DNA from: Cenarchaeum sp.
GTDB taxonomy: Archaea > Thermoproteota > Nitrososphaeria > Nitrososphaerales > Nitrosopumilaceae
Length of the DNA stretch: 64,000 bases
Direction: 5' to 3'
NCBI GenBank assembly: GCA_965242695.1
Contig: CBDESU010000001.1
Span: 1,472,001 to 1,536,000 of the forward strand
Part shown: in pieces, positions 40,678 to 50,607 of the stretch
How positions within the stretch are numbered: position 1 is the stretch's first letter
How the letters are laid out: every line of letters starts with the position of its first letter
Made by a program: the position numbers and the translations under genes
The notes under the pieces: generated by a model
Seen by the model: the letters and a program-made list of their open reading frames with translations, nothing else
What the model was told of the DNA's origin: nothing
Databases searched by the model: none

Positions 40678-41493
40678 GTGAAGGCGGGGCAAGGTCGGAT
40701 GCAGGGGGGACGAGGGGTGGCTCGGACGGGCCGCGGCGGGGCCGCCGTTGCTGCCGCCGCGCCAGCGGCGGCTGACGGCAGGGCCGAGTTCAGGGAGATG
40801 TTCGTGTCGCTTGTCGATCCGGCCGGCCTGCTCGACATGGAGAGGTGCGGCAGGACGGCCGCCCTGATGAGGGAGGCGGCGTCAAGGTCGGGGTACGAGT
40901 CGGGGGCCAGGATGGCGTCCATACTGGAGGACATCTTTGCCGACACGGCCGACATCGCGAACAGGCCCGTCGAGGACGGGGCACTGCGTCATACCCATGT
41001 CGCGTTTCGCAACATAATCTGGGTGCTGCGCAGCACCGCCGAGTTGTACAGAAATAGCAGGTGCGAAGAGCCAGTCTACAAGGAAAAAGACGGCACGCCG
41101 TTCCCGTTTTGGCGGCCTGTGAGCAACGATCCCGAGCCGGTCGCCAAGCTGGAAGAGGTGAGGAAGGCCGTTTCAGACCTCAGGTCAAAGGCGGACGCGC
41201 GCCGCGAAGAGTTGAGGGCGGCCGACCCGCCAGGCTCAGGCCTGGACATGTACACCGCGTCGTACAAGGGCAGCATCTGCAGGGATCTCGTGAGGGAAGA
41301 CATCGAAAAGGTACGCGCAGAGTACAGGGCAGAAGACGTCGATCCGATATTCCCGCCAAGGCCAAAGCCGCTCGACGAGCACTTCAAGAAGTGCGACGGC
41401 CCGATCTGGTCGTCGGCAGAGATAATCGCATGGGCTAGGGGCAACGGGCCCCCGGACGGGTACGAGGTGGTCAAGGTCGGGGACGACGAGTGA
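40678..41493 (+). CDS. hypothetical protein (paralog of 42131-42910)
   Basis: near-identical to downstream copy; TATA-like cttaat at ~40648. Confidence 0.8.
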   Translation: MKAGQGRMQGGRGVARTGRGGAAVAAAAPAAADGRAEFREMFVSLVDPAGLLDMERCGRTAALMREAASRSGYESGARMASILEDIFADTADIANRPVEDGALRHTHVAFRNIIWVLRSTAELYRNSRCEEPVYKEKDGTPFPFWRPVSNDPEPVAKLEEVRKAVSDLRSKADARREELRAADPPGSGLDMYTASYKGSICRDLVREDIEKVRAEYRAEDVDPIFPPRPKPLDEHFKKCDGPIWSSAEIIAWARGNGPPDGYEVVKVGDDE

Positions 41494-41800
41494 CATCAAA
41501 CCCAAGGTGCTGGAGGCCTACTTCGACAGCACGTGATCGTAGCGCTTGCAGCCATGACGGACACCGCGCATTGCACGCGCGCACCCAGCGGCGGTCCACT
41601 CCCTACGCCACGCGCAACCGCACATCGACGACATCGAGTGCATGGCCGTCTGCATTGCGATCCGCTCGAGGTCGTGCGGTTCGATCGGCGGCGAGGGGGG
41701 GGGGCAACATGACCATGACGTCGAGCATGCGCAGGAACGGGTCGCGGTGGCATCCCTGCTCGCACGCAATCATGTCGAGAGGTACAGCACGATAGGTGCC
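41490..41800 (+). pseudogene. degraded PIN-domain gene
   Basis: AYFDS/(frameshift)VIVALA aligns with VYLDTSVIVALA of 42894 ORF. Confidence 0.6.
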
Positions 41801-42130
41801 ATGGCTGGTACGAGCGATGACGATATGGTGGGCGATGACGGCGGCGCAGACTACGGAAGAGTTGGAGACCAAGATGGCCAAGCGGTCGGCGCGAACCGCA
41901 CGGCCACAGCGGCGGCAGCACGGCAGACAGCGAGCGCCCCTGCCGACATCCTGCATGTCCTAAGCAACACGTGGCTGTAGCCGCGATCGGACTGTGCGGC
42001 GATCGGCGCCTCCGCACGCCCGGCCGGCCAAGACTACCCTTTTTGTCCCCGCGCTGGCGCCGCGGCCAGATGCGGAGCCTGCGCGGCGAAGGCGGTATCT
42101 TTAATAGGTGGTAAGTGGGCCTCCGGTATC

Positions 42131-42910
42131 GTGCAGGCTGTGCAGGGACAAAAGCAGAAGGCTCGCGAGGCGGCGCGGACAGGCCGCGGCAGGGCCGCCG
42201 CAGAGGCGGACGGCAGGGCCGAGTTCAGAGAGATGTTCGTGTCGCTCGTCGATCCGGCAGGTGTACTCGACATGGAGAGGTGCGGCAGGACGGCCGCCCT
42301 GATGAGGGAGGCGGCGTCAAGGTCGGGGTACGAGGCGGGGGCCAGGATGGCATCCATGCTGGAGGACATCTTTGCCGACACGGCCGACATTGCGAACAGG
42401 CCCGTCGAGGACGGGGCGCTGGGCCATACCCATGTCGCGTTTCGCAACATAATCGAGATACTGCACGACACGGCCGAGCTGTACAGGGAGGAATGGGGGA
42501 TCAAGCAGGAAGGCCCGCTCCCGTTCTGGAGGAATGTGAACAGAGATCCCGAGCCGGTCGCCAAGCTGGAGGAGGTGAGAAAGACCGTTGCAGACCTCAG
42601 GTCAAAGGCGGACGCGTACCGCGAAGAGCTGAGGGCCGCCGACCCTCCAGGCTCCGGCTTGGACAAATACGACGCGTCGTACAGGGGCAACATCTGTAGG
42701 GACCTCGTAAGGGAGGACATGGAAAAAATACGTGCGAATTGCAGGGCAAGGGGCGTCGATCCCATATTCCCGCCCAGGCCAAAGCCGCTCGACGAGCACT
42801 TCAAGAAGTGCGATGGTCCAATCTGGTCGTCGGCAGAGATAGTCGCATGGGCAAGGGGCAACGGCCCCCCTGACGGGTACGAGGTGGTCAAGGTTGAGGA
42901 CGACGAGTGA
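42131..42910 (+). CDS. hypothetical protein upstream of PIN gene
   Basis: 259-aa ORF, paralog of 40678; TATA tttaata at ~42100. Confidence 0.8.
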   Translation: MQAVQGQKQKAREAARTGRGRAAAEADGRAEFREMFVSLVDPAGVLDMERCGRTAALMREAASRSGYEAGARMASMLEDIFADTADIANRPVEDGALGHTHVAFRNIIEILHDTAELYREEWGIKQEGPLPFWRNVNRDPEPVAKLEEVRKTVADLRSKADAYREELRAADPPGSGLDKYDASYRGNICRDLVREDMEKIRANCRARGVDPIFPPRPKPLDEHFKKCDGPIWSSAEIVAWARGNGPPDGYEVVKVEDDE

Positions 42911-43493
42911 CGTCAATGTCTTTAGAGTCTATCTTGACACCAGCGTTATTGTGGCGCTGGCAGTGGCGTTTGACCTGCACCACAACGATGCTGTCAGGAC
43001 GTGCGTTGCCCTGCTGCGAGGTGGGCATCAACTGATCACCTCGCGGCTGGCCATCATAGAGGCGATCGGCTCGGTTCGCAAGAAGATCACGATGTCGCAC
43101 AGGTACCAGTCGGGGAGCGAGGAGGAGCGGGCAGGTGTGGATGCGGATGCGGCCAAGGCCGTCAAGGACCTGCTCGGACTCATAGAATACATGACAAGGC
43201 ATGGCTTTCTAAAGATCACAGAGCCAAAACGCTGGTCGCCCGACTTTTCACTCTTGTACGACAGGGTGATCGAGCAGGTCGGCCGCGCCGTGCACACCGG
43301 CAAGGGCAAGAACTACAGGTACCGAGGCGTCGGGTCGTACGACTGGCTGAACTTCCTGCTCGCCCGGGACTCTGGCGCGTCCGTCATCTGCACGACTGAT
43401 GCGGCGTTCGCCGACATCGAGGGCAACGACAGTGAGTTTGGGCACATCAGGATACAGCTGGCCGGCGCCCCGTTGATCACCGGCGCCCTGTGA
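42894..43493 (+). CDS. PIN-domain (VapC-like) ribonuclease
   Basis: VYLDTSVI, IIEA, YDWLNFLLA, TTDAAF acidic quartet. Confidence 0.8.
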   Translation: MRTTSDVNVFRVYLDTSVIVALAVAFDLHHNDAVRTCVALLRGGHQLITSRLAIIEAIGSVRKKITMSHRYQSGSEEERAGVDADAAKAVKDLLGLIEYMTRHGFLKITEPKRWSPDFSLLYDRVIEQVGRAVHTGKGKNYRYRGVGSYDWLNFLLARDSGASVICTTDAAFADIEGNDSEFGHIRIQLAGAPLITGAL

Positions 43494-43612
43494 GTAGCGC
43501 GCGCATGCCGCAATGCTGGCACCGCCAGGGAACAGGGGATTCCTGCAACCGTAGGCAGTATGCACGGTGCGCCAGAGCCCGCCGCGGCGCGCGTGCGCGC
43601 ACATCCGCCGCC

Positions 43613-45073
43613 CTACGCCGCGCCCAGCCGCGCATCGACGGCATCGAGCACGCGGGCCGTCCGCCGCACGATCCGCTCCAGGTCGTACGGCACGACGGCC
43701 AGCGGCGGGACCAGCATGATCATGTCGCCGAGCGTGCGCAGGAACACGTCGCGGCGGCGCCCCTCCTCGAACACCACCTTGTTGAGCGACGGGAGGCGGC
43801 GCGAGGCGGCGGGCGCATCGCCCCCGGCCCCGCTCCCGCCCCTGCCCCCCCTCCTGCCGGCCGGCCGCCCGTACGCCGCACCCGCGGCGGCCACGCAGAT
43901 CCCCGCTAGCATCCCCCTGTGGCGGACCGCCCCCGCCGAGGATAGCGGCCGGATGTGCCTGTCGAGCAGCCTGCCGAGCTCGGCCGACGAGTCGCGCACC
44001 CTGGCGATCAGCCCCTCGCTCTCGTACAGGGCCAGGTTGGCGTTGGCCGCGGCCGCGGCCAGCGGGTTTCCCGTGTACGTGTGGCCGTGGAACAGGTGGC
44101 GCCCCTCGTCGTGCCGCCCGAGGAACGACTCGTACACCCTACGCGTGGCCAGCGTGGCGGCCATCGGAAGGCAGCCGCCGGTGAGCATCTTGCCGTACGA
44201 GACGATGTCGGGCCTGCTGCCCTGCGCCCTGTGCTCGGCCATCGAGCCGAGGCGGCCGAGCCCCGTGGCCACCTCGTCAAGGACGAGCGCCACGCCGAAC
44301 CGGCGGCACAGCTCGGACGCCCCGCGCTCGAACCCGTCGGGGTACACGGCGACGCCGCCGGCGACCTGCGCGCCGCTCTCCATTACGAGCGCCGCAATGG
44401 ACGGGTCGGACTCGAAGGCGGCCCCCATCTTCTCGAGGCACCTGCGCGAGTCCTCCGCCGGCGTCATTCCCGCCGGCGGGTCGGCAAGGTCGGGCGCCGG
44501 CAGGCGCCTCACGCCGCGCAGCAGGAGCGGCTCGTACCCCCGCGTGAACGACGGCACGCCGCACAGCGACATCACGCCGAGCGTGTCGCCGTGGTACCCG
44601 CCCTCGAGTGCGGCGATCCTCGCGCGCCCCTCCTCGCCGCGGTTGGCCGCGTGCATGACGGCCATCTTCATGGCCGCCTCCATTGCGGTCGACCCGTCGT
44701 CCGAAAAGAACGCTCGGTGCATGCCCGGCGCGACATCCTCGACGAGCCTCAAGGCGAGCTCCTCGGCCGGCCGGTTCGTGAGGTTGAACAGCGTCGAGTG
44801 CGGCATGCGCCTGGCCTGCGCTACCATCGCATCGACGATCGGGCGCGGCGTCCTGCCCCACACGTTCGTCCACATGGATCCCACCGCGTCGAGCAGGTGG
44901 CGCCCGCCGGAGAGGAACAGGGTGGAGCCGACCATGCGGACGGCCTCGTCAAAGCCGTCCGGCCACTCGGACATCTGCGTGTTCGGGTGCCACACGCGGC
45001 TTTCGGACGGATCCTCGGCCGCATCGCAGGCTCCGCGCCCCGCGCCGCCCCGCCTCGCCGCCGCCGATCCCAT
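43613..45073 (-). CDS. bioA: adenosylmethionine-8-amino-7-oxononanoate aminotransferase
   Basis: VWHPNTQM, DDGSTAMEAAMKMA, YHGDT, DEVATG, GKMLTGG, HGHTYTGNP. Confidence 0.92.
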   Translation of the reverse strand: MGSAAARRGGAGRGACDAAEDPSESRVWHPNTQMSEWPDGFDEAVRMVGSTLFLSGGRHLLDAVGSMWTNVWGRTPRPIVDAMVAQARRMPHSTLFNLTNRPAEELALRLVEDVAPGMHRAFFSDDGSTAMEAAMKMAVMHAANRGEEGRARIAALEGGYHGDTLGVMSLCGVPSFTRGYEPLLLRGVRRLPAPDLADPPAGMTPAEDSRRCLEKMGAAFESDPSIAALVMESGAQVAGGVAVYPDGFERGASELCRRFGVALVLDEVATGLGRLGSMAEHRAQGSRPDIVSYGKMLTGGCLPMAATLATRRVYESFLGRHDEGRHLFHGHTYTGNPLAAAAANANLALYESEGLIARVRDSSAELGRLLDRHIRPLSSAGAVRHRGMLAGICVAAAGAAYGRPAGRRGGRGGSGAGGDAPAASRRLPSLNKVVFEEGRRRDVFLRTLGDMIMLVPPLAVVPYDLERIVRRTARVLDAVDARLGAA

Positions 45074-45288
45074 GCGCCGGGCCGCGCCGCGCCGCTATAA
45101 AAGGCGCCCCCCTGCTGGCGCCTGCGCAATTGCGGCCGCTCCCGGCGCAGCCGCGGGGGCTTTCGATCCTGCACCCCTCCAGGCATGCGGGAGAACCGCG
45201 CCGATCGCATCCGCGCCCGGCGTGCGCCCGGCGCATGCCGGCGCGCCGCGCAGTTTATACCGCCCGCAGTCCGCCGCAAGGCGGGGCA

Positions 45289-46095
45289 ATGCCAGGCAGT
45301 CCGAGCAAGGGATCCCGCGTGGGGAGCGGCGCGCAGGGCGGCTGGTTCGATCGCATCCCCCCGCCGTCGCCGGACGCGCACGGCAGGAGGGTCGTAATGC
45401 TCGTCGTAGACTACAAGGTGGTAAGGATCGCCGAGCCGGGCGGCCGTGGGGCCGACGGCAGGGCGCGCGCCGCGAAGTACGGCGTGCTGGCCATTGCCCG
45501 CTCGGACGGCCTGATAATATTCCTGAGCAAGGCGCAGCGGGGGCTTGCCACCGGCGCAGCATCCCTCCGCTCCATCCTTCCGAAATTGGGCATCCTGACA
45601 GATTCGCTCGAAAATCCCGACACCCCTCCCGACGAGCGCGTCGTGGTGTGCGTCGACCGCGCCCTGCAGGAGATCAAAAAGGTCTGGCCCGGCGCCGATG
45701 TTCTCGTTCCGCACGGCGGGCGGCGGGCGGCCGGCGCCGCCCGGGCCGCAGACATTACAAAGGGCATGCAGTCCGCCGAGAGCAGGTCAGGCATAGAGAT
45801 GGCCTTCCGCGGGATCGACGGGTACAGGCTTGTCGGCGGGGTCTTTGCCGGGACGGCCGACGACTTTGACGAGACGCTCCAGGTCGTGGCCGGGATGGTC
45901 AACATGCGGGTGATAGCGCGCGCCAAGGAGGCGCGCAAGAAGGGATCCGGCAAGAAGGGATCCGGCAAGAAGGGATCCGGCAAGAAGGGATCCGGCAAGA
46001 AGGGATCCGGCAAGAAGGGATCCGGCCGGAAAGGCAGGAAAGGTGCAGGTATGGCGGCGGCGCGGGGCAGGGATGCGGCAGGGCTCCAAGGCTGA
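45289..46095 (+). CDS. degenerate DDE-transposase-like (IS5/HARBI1-type) domain with C-terminal KKGSG repeats
   Basis: VVD..K..DGLIIFLS..CVD..VPH..SRSGIEMAFRGIDGY..VAGMVN pattern; own TATA tttatac ~45254. Confidence 0.55.
   Translation: MPGSPSKGSRVGSGAQGGWFDRIPPPSPDAHGRRVVMLVVDYKVVRIAEPGGRGADGRARAAKYGVLAIARSDGLIIFLSKAQRGLATGAASLRSILPKLGILTDSLENPDTPPDERVVVCVDRALQEIKKVWPGADVLVPHGGRRAAGAARAADITKGMQSAESRSGIEMAFRGIDGYRLVGGVFAGTADDFDETLQVVAGMVNMRVIARAKEARKKGSGKKGSGKKGSGKKGSGKKGSGKKGSGRKGRKGAGMAAARGRDAAGLQG
45937..46026 (+). repeat. 15-bp tandem repeat x6 (KKGSG)
   Basis: aagaagggatccggc repeated. Confidence 0.95.
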
Positions 46096-46331
46096 CCGGG
46101 CCCGCCGCGGCAGGGCCAGCCTTCCGGCTCTCGCCGGCGCGTGCGGCGCGTCTAAGCTGCACGTATGCGCGCGACGATGCATGTGATCCGCCGCCGAGTA
46201 TCTACGTGCGGCGCAGGGGCCTTGGGTGCAGGCCGCCCCGGATCTGTCCCGCCCGCAGAGGCGCCGCGGCGCCGTCTGCCCCGCGGCCGCAGGCGGCCGC
46301 GGCCGCCGTGCCCCCCCTCCCCCCCGCCCCG

Positions 46332-46919
46332 CTACGCGCGCCCGATCCCGCCCGACTCTATCGCCCTGTCACGGCCGCGCCTGGCCTCGTCGAGGGACGG
46401 ATCCAGCCGCAGCGCCTCGTCGTACGCCGCGGCCGCCTCGGCGTGCCTGCCCAGCGCGGCGAGCGAGTCGCCGCGCCCCCTGTGCGCATCGGGTATGCCT
46501 GGGTCGATCCCGAGCGCCGCCTCGAACCTTGCGAGCGCCTCCTCGAACCTGCCCAGCGAGACGAGCGACTCGCCGGCGCCCCAGTGGGATCCCGCAAACC
46601 CCGGCGCAAGCCGCGCCGATGCATCGGATGCGGCCAGCGCCTCCTCGAACCTGCCCTCGTGGATCAGGACCGTCGAGCGCCCCCAGTGGGCCGCGGCCAT
46701 GTCGGGGTCGCAGGCAAGCGCGCGTTCGTACGCGGCCATCGCATCCCCGTACATGCAAAGCTCGCCCAGGCAAAAGCCGCGGCCCCAGTGCGCCCATGCG
46801 TTGGACGGGTCGGCCTCCACGGCGCGGTCGTACGCATCGATGGCCTCGCCGTATGCGCCGCGAAGTGTCAGCCTCCTGGCCTCTTCCACGAGGCGTTCCG
46901 CGCCGCCAAAGATGCCCAC
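46332..46919 (-). CDS. tetratricopeptide repeat protein
   Basis: about five TPR units (AHWGRG..LG.YEEA..AYD.AL..DP). Confidence 0.9.
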   Translation of the reverse strand: MGIFGGAERLVEEARRLTLRGAYGEAIDAYDRAVEADPSNAWAHWGRGFCLGELCMYGDAMAAYERALACDPDMAAAHWGRSTVLIHEGRFEEALAASDASARLAPGFAGSHWGAGESLVSLGRFEEALARFEAALGIDPGIPDAHRGRGDSLAALGRHAEAAAAYDEALRLDPSLDEARRGRDRAIESGGIGRA

Positions 46920-47079
46920 AGCGCCGGGGCCGGGCCGCCGGCACATAGCGGTTGCGGATCGGCAGGCCCGGTTGCGCGGCCGCCCGGCCGCCCGGCCGCC
47001 CTGCAGGGAAGGGCGGAGGAGGGCGGGGCGCCGTGCGATCCCGCCCGCAGGCGCCGGCAGGGCGGCCCATGCCCCCGCC

Positions 47080-49587
47080 CTAGTTCCCGTTGCCGCTTCC
47101 GCCGCCGCTGTTATGCCTGCCGCTCACTCCGAGCAGGTCGGTCGCAACGGCAAACTCGAACCGCCTCATCCTCTCGGAGAGCGGCAGGACGGCAGACCCG
47201 AGGGCCCACTCTCGGGCCTCGGAGCCGACGGGCATGTCGAGCGCGCCGCTGCCGCATATGATCGCGTACTCGGCGTGGGTGTACTCGCACAGCAGCCCCT
47301 CGTTGCTGATGCACGCCTCGGCCTCGGCGCATGCATAGTCGAGCGATCCGCGCTCCATGTCGACGATCATCTCCCTGGTGATCGACGCGTCGGGGACCGT
47401 CGGCAGGAGCGCCCACAGGCCGGCCCGCGCGTCGCGCACGGCCGGCATCCCGTGCCGCATGGACACGTCGCGCTCGGCGAACGCGGTGGCCCGCACGCCG
47501 TGCAGGCGCTCGCACTCGTCGGGCCCCGCAGCGGCAAGGGGCGAGTCGGCCACGCCCTCGAGCGGGTTGGCCGTAAACCACAGGCGCGCGTCGGGATCGT
47601 GCCACGCGTCGCCGTGCACGCCCCCGCGCGGCGCGGACGGCGGCACGGCCGGCCCGGCTGCTCGCGCCCTCGCCTCCTGCGAGCGGGCATGCGCCTCGCG
47701 CAGCATCCTCGACAGGGTCTTGCCGTCCCCCCGCCTGATGCGGATGAGCTCGTCGGCGGTGCGCGACATGTTGTCGATCAGGTACTGGATCCAGGAATAG
47801 TCGTAGGGGTCGTCGAACGGCGGGAGGCTGCGCGCTCGCAGCTCGCCCGGGGCCGCGCCGCCGGCGCCGCCGGACGCGCCGGCGCCCCCTGACGCCCACG
47901 CCTCGTACACGCGGGCGGCGCGCACGCGCGCCCCCTCGAGCAGGCGCCGCCCGGCAAGGACCGACAGCGCGCGCGGCGAGACGATGTCTAGCATGCCGTA
48001 CTCGGCCCTGACCGCATCGCACTCGGCGAGCGCCTCGGCGTACCCGGGCCTGGCCAGCACGCGGGCCGCCTCGCCGGGCGTCCACGGGCACGGCGAGGAC
48101 CACCCGGAGCGGCCCGCGCCGAGGACCCTCCTGCCGGCGTCCGCGTCCCAGTCCTCCTCGCCGCCGCCGACCCTCCTCGCCCCGATGTCGGCGGCGAGCA
48201 GCTCGTACCGCCTCGCCGTCGGCGGGACGAACGAGGAGTCTGGGCGCCGGCCCGACCCTGCCGCCTCCTCTATCGTCTCGTGTATGATGCGCCAGTGGGG
48301 GACGGACAGCAGCGCGCGCTTTTCAGACTCTGGGAGGCCGTCCGTCTGCAGGCCGAACAGGTCGGCGAGCAGCGGCCGTATGCGCTCCTCGTACTCGGCG
48401 CGCGCCTCGGCGTGGCCGCGCAGCGCGCCGTGGAGCCTGCGGTCGCCCTCGGTCATGCCGCCGGCCGCCTCGACGGGGACGCCGGCGAGCACGCAGGCGG
48501 CCGCGACCCTGTGGTCGTACAGCACGGATCCCGATCCGTACCACGCGCCCCACCTCCTCGCCGCCAGGAGCTTTGCATACTCGTCCAGGACGCGCTCGCC
48601 CTCCCACTCGCGCTGCTTGCCGTACGCCTCGACGAGCAGCTCGGTCGGCGCAAGGCGCCCAAACTTTGCCTCCAGCTCCTCGAGGCGGCGCGCATCGGCC
48701 TCGCCGCACCGCGAGTACGCCTCGCGTATGTCGCCGGCGAGGGACTCGGCGCCGGCGCCCGGCACGCGTAGGTCGAACGAGCCGCCCCTCTCCTCCTCGG
48801 GGCTGCGGCCCGCGCTAGCGCGGCCGCCGGCGTACCTGAGGGACACGGTCCGGTTCGAGACGGAGCATCCGACGAACATCTCGAACGGGAGGTCCAGGCA
48901 CATCCCCCTGCCGGGGTCGACCAGGTACACGCCGCGGCTCGTCACGCAGGCCGTGCCGTCCCCCTGCAGCCACTGCACGCCGTCGTACTCGCCGAAGACG
49001 CGCTCGCCGGGGCCGACGACGAGCCTGCCCGAGCACGGGCCCCCCGCGGGGGACCCGCCGGACTCTGGGCCCGCGGCCCCTCCGGCCTCGCGGGCCGCCG
49101 CCCCGAGAAGATCCGCCGCGTCGGCCCGCCACCTCCTGCCGGCCAGGGCCGCCAGCCTTGCCCTTGCGACGGCGACTATCGCCCTTGCGAGCGAGGGCGC
49201 CTCGGACGCCTCCGCGGCGCGCCGGTCGGCCCTGTCCGGGTACATCCTCTTCATGTCCAGCTCCAGGTCGCAGTACGTCCGGCCGCCGCCCTCCCCGGCC
49301 TCGGGGCCGCCGGCGCCAGGGGACCACGTCACTCTGACCGTGCGGGCGCCCGGCGCGACGGCGCTGCGCACGTCCTGCGCGCCAATCTCCAGGATCGCCC
49401 TGCCGTCCCTGTCGGAGACCGCCAGGGCGTCGCTGCGCACGTACAGCTCGCGGCCCCCCTTGAGGTACGCCGAGACGACCTGGCTGGCCGGCGGCGCTCC
49501 GCTGCCGCCGCTGCCGGCATCTTCGTCCGCCTTCCGCTCGCGGCGCAGTACTGCCTGCCGCTGGATCCGCCCTAGGGGGCCGTGCAT
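47080..49587 (-). CDS. large hypothetical protein with two PH/GRAM-like N-terminal segments
   Basis: 835-aa ORF with TATA upstream; PGERVF..GTACVTSRGVYL..LDLPF pattern. Confidence 0.65.
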   Translation of the reverse strand: MHGPLGRIQRQAVLRRERKADEDAGSGGSGAPPASQVVSAYLKGGRELYVRSDALAVSDRDGRAILEIGAQDVRSAVAPGARTVRVTWSPGAGGPEAGEGGGRTYCDLELDMKRMYPDRADRRAAEASEAPSLARAIVAVARARLAALAGRRWRADAADLLGAAAREAGGAAGPESGGSPAGGPCSGRLVVGPGERVFGEYDGVQWLQGDGTACVTSRGVYLVDPGRGMCLDLPFEMFVGCSVSNRTVSLRYAGGRASAGRSPEEERGGSFDLRVPGAGAESLAGDIREAYSRCGEADARRLEELEAKFGRLAPTELLVEAYGKQREWEGERVLDEYAKLLAARRWGAWYGSGSVLYDHRVAAACVLAGVPVEAAGGMTEGDRRLHGALRGHAEARAEYEERIRPLLADLFGLQTDGLPESEKRALLSVPHWRIIHETIEEAAGSGRRPDSSFVPPTARRYELLAADIGARRVGGGEEDWDADAGRRVLGAGRSGWSSPCPWTPGEAARVLARPGYAEALAECDAVRAEYGMLDIVSPRALSVLAGRRLLEGARVRAARVYEAWASGGAGASGGAGGAAPGELRARSLPPFDDPYDYSWIQYLIDNMSRTADELIRIRRGDGKTLSRMLREAHARSQEARARAAGPAVPPSAPRGGVHGDAWHDPDARLWFTANPLEGVADSPLAAAGPDECERLHGVRATAFAERDVSMRHGMPAVRDARAGLWALLPTVPDASITREMIVDMERGSLDYACAEAEACISNEGLLCEYTHAEYAIICGSGALDMPVGSEAREWALGSAVLPLSERMRRFEFAVATDLLGVSGRHNSGGGSGNGN

Positions 49588-49595
49588 GGCTCCAC

Positions 49596-49625
49596 TGTAC
49601 CGTCATCACATATAAGGACGGTACA
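49596..49625. promoter_or_regulatory. inverted repeat enclosing TATA box
   Basis: tgtaccgtc-N12(contains tataag)-gacggtaca. Confidence 0.65.
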
Positions 49626-49840
49626 CGGACGTAGGGTTTATATCTGGGTACCGTTTCGCCCGGAGGCCCAGATCCTGCCCCCGGGGGCGCCGGCGAGGGC
49701 CAGGCAGGGGGCCGCCGCGCCGGCCTCTTCGTGCCGCGCCGCGGCGCCCCCGTCTCCGCCCGGACGCGCCGGCCTCCCCCGGCGCCGCGATCCCCCTCCC
49801 CGGCAAAGCCCTTTAACTGAGCCCGCCCCCCTCGCCGCCC

Positions 49841-50602
49841 GTGGCGGACACGATCCTGGCCGTCTCCGGCGCGGCCAAGCGCTTTGCCGGCCCGCCCGTC
49901 CTGGTGGACATAAGCATGGAGGTCGAGCGCGGCGGAATATTCCAGCTGATCGGGCCCAACGGCAGCGGCAAGACGACGCTGATCAACGTCGTATCCGGCC
50001 TGCTGCGCCCCGACTCTGGGCGCGTCGAGTTCGACGGCGTCGACATTACGGAGATGGGCCTGTACGAGACGTACCGGCAGGGCCTGGTGCGCACGTGGCA
50101 GATACCGCAGCCGTTCTACGACCTCACGACGGCCGAGAACGTCCTGGTGTCGAGCGCGACAAACTCGGGCGAGTCGTTCCTGCTCGCCCCGCTGGCCCCA
50201 AAGTGGGCCGGCGACGAGCGCCGCGTCTCGGACGAGGCCGTCGCGGTCATGAGGACCGTCGGCCTGGAGGAAAAGGCGGACGTCCCCAGCAAGAACCTCA
50301 GCGGGGGGCAGCAAAAGCTGCTAGAGCTCGCCCGCGCCCTCATGTCCGGCGCGACGATGATACTCATGGACGAGCCGATCGCCGGCGTCAACCCGGCCCT
50401 GGCGCACAGCATATTTGAAAAGATCACCTCGATATGCAGGGACAGGGGGGTCACGTTCCTTATCGTGGAGCACCGCCTGGACATATCGCTGCAGTACGTC
50501 GAGAGGGTATTCGCGATGGACAGGGGGCGCATAATCGCGGAGGGATCCCCGGACGAGGTCGTGCGGCACCCCGCCGTCGTCGACTCGTACCTGGGAAGGT
50601 GA
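49841..50602 (+). CDS. livG: branched-chain amino acid ABC transporter ATPase (LivG-like)
   Basis: GPNGSGKTT, RTWQ, LSGGQQKLLE, MDEPIAGVNP, VEH. Confidence 0.85.
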   Translation: MADTILAVSGAAKRFAGPPVLVDISMEVERGGIFQLIGPNGSGKTTLINVVSGLLRPDSGRVEFDGVDITEMGLYETYRQGLVRTWQIPQPFYDLTTAENVLVSSATNSGESFLLAPLAPKWAGDERRVSDEAVAVMRTVGLEEKADVPSKNLSGGQQKLLELARALMSGATMILMDEPIAGVNPALAHSIFEKITSICRDRGVTFLIVEHRLDISLQYVERVFAMDRGRIIAEGSPDEVVRHPAVVDSYLGR

Positions 50603-50607
50603 GGGGC

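Noticed and set aside
43560-49615. Long + strand ORFs (769, 575, 543 aa)
   Set aside because: Antisense shadows of bioA, TPR and the 835-aa gene, expected in high-GC DNA; Ser/Ala/Pro/Arg-rich with no motifs
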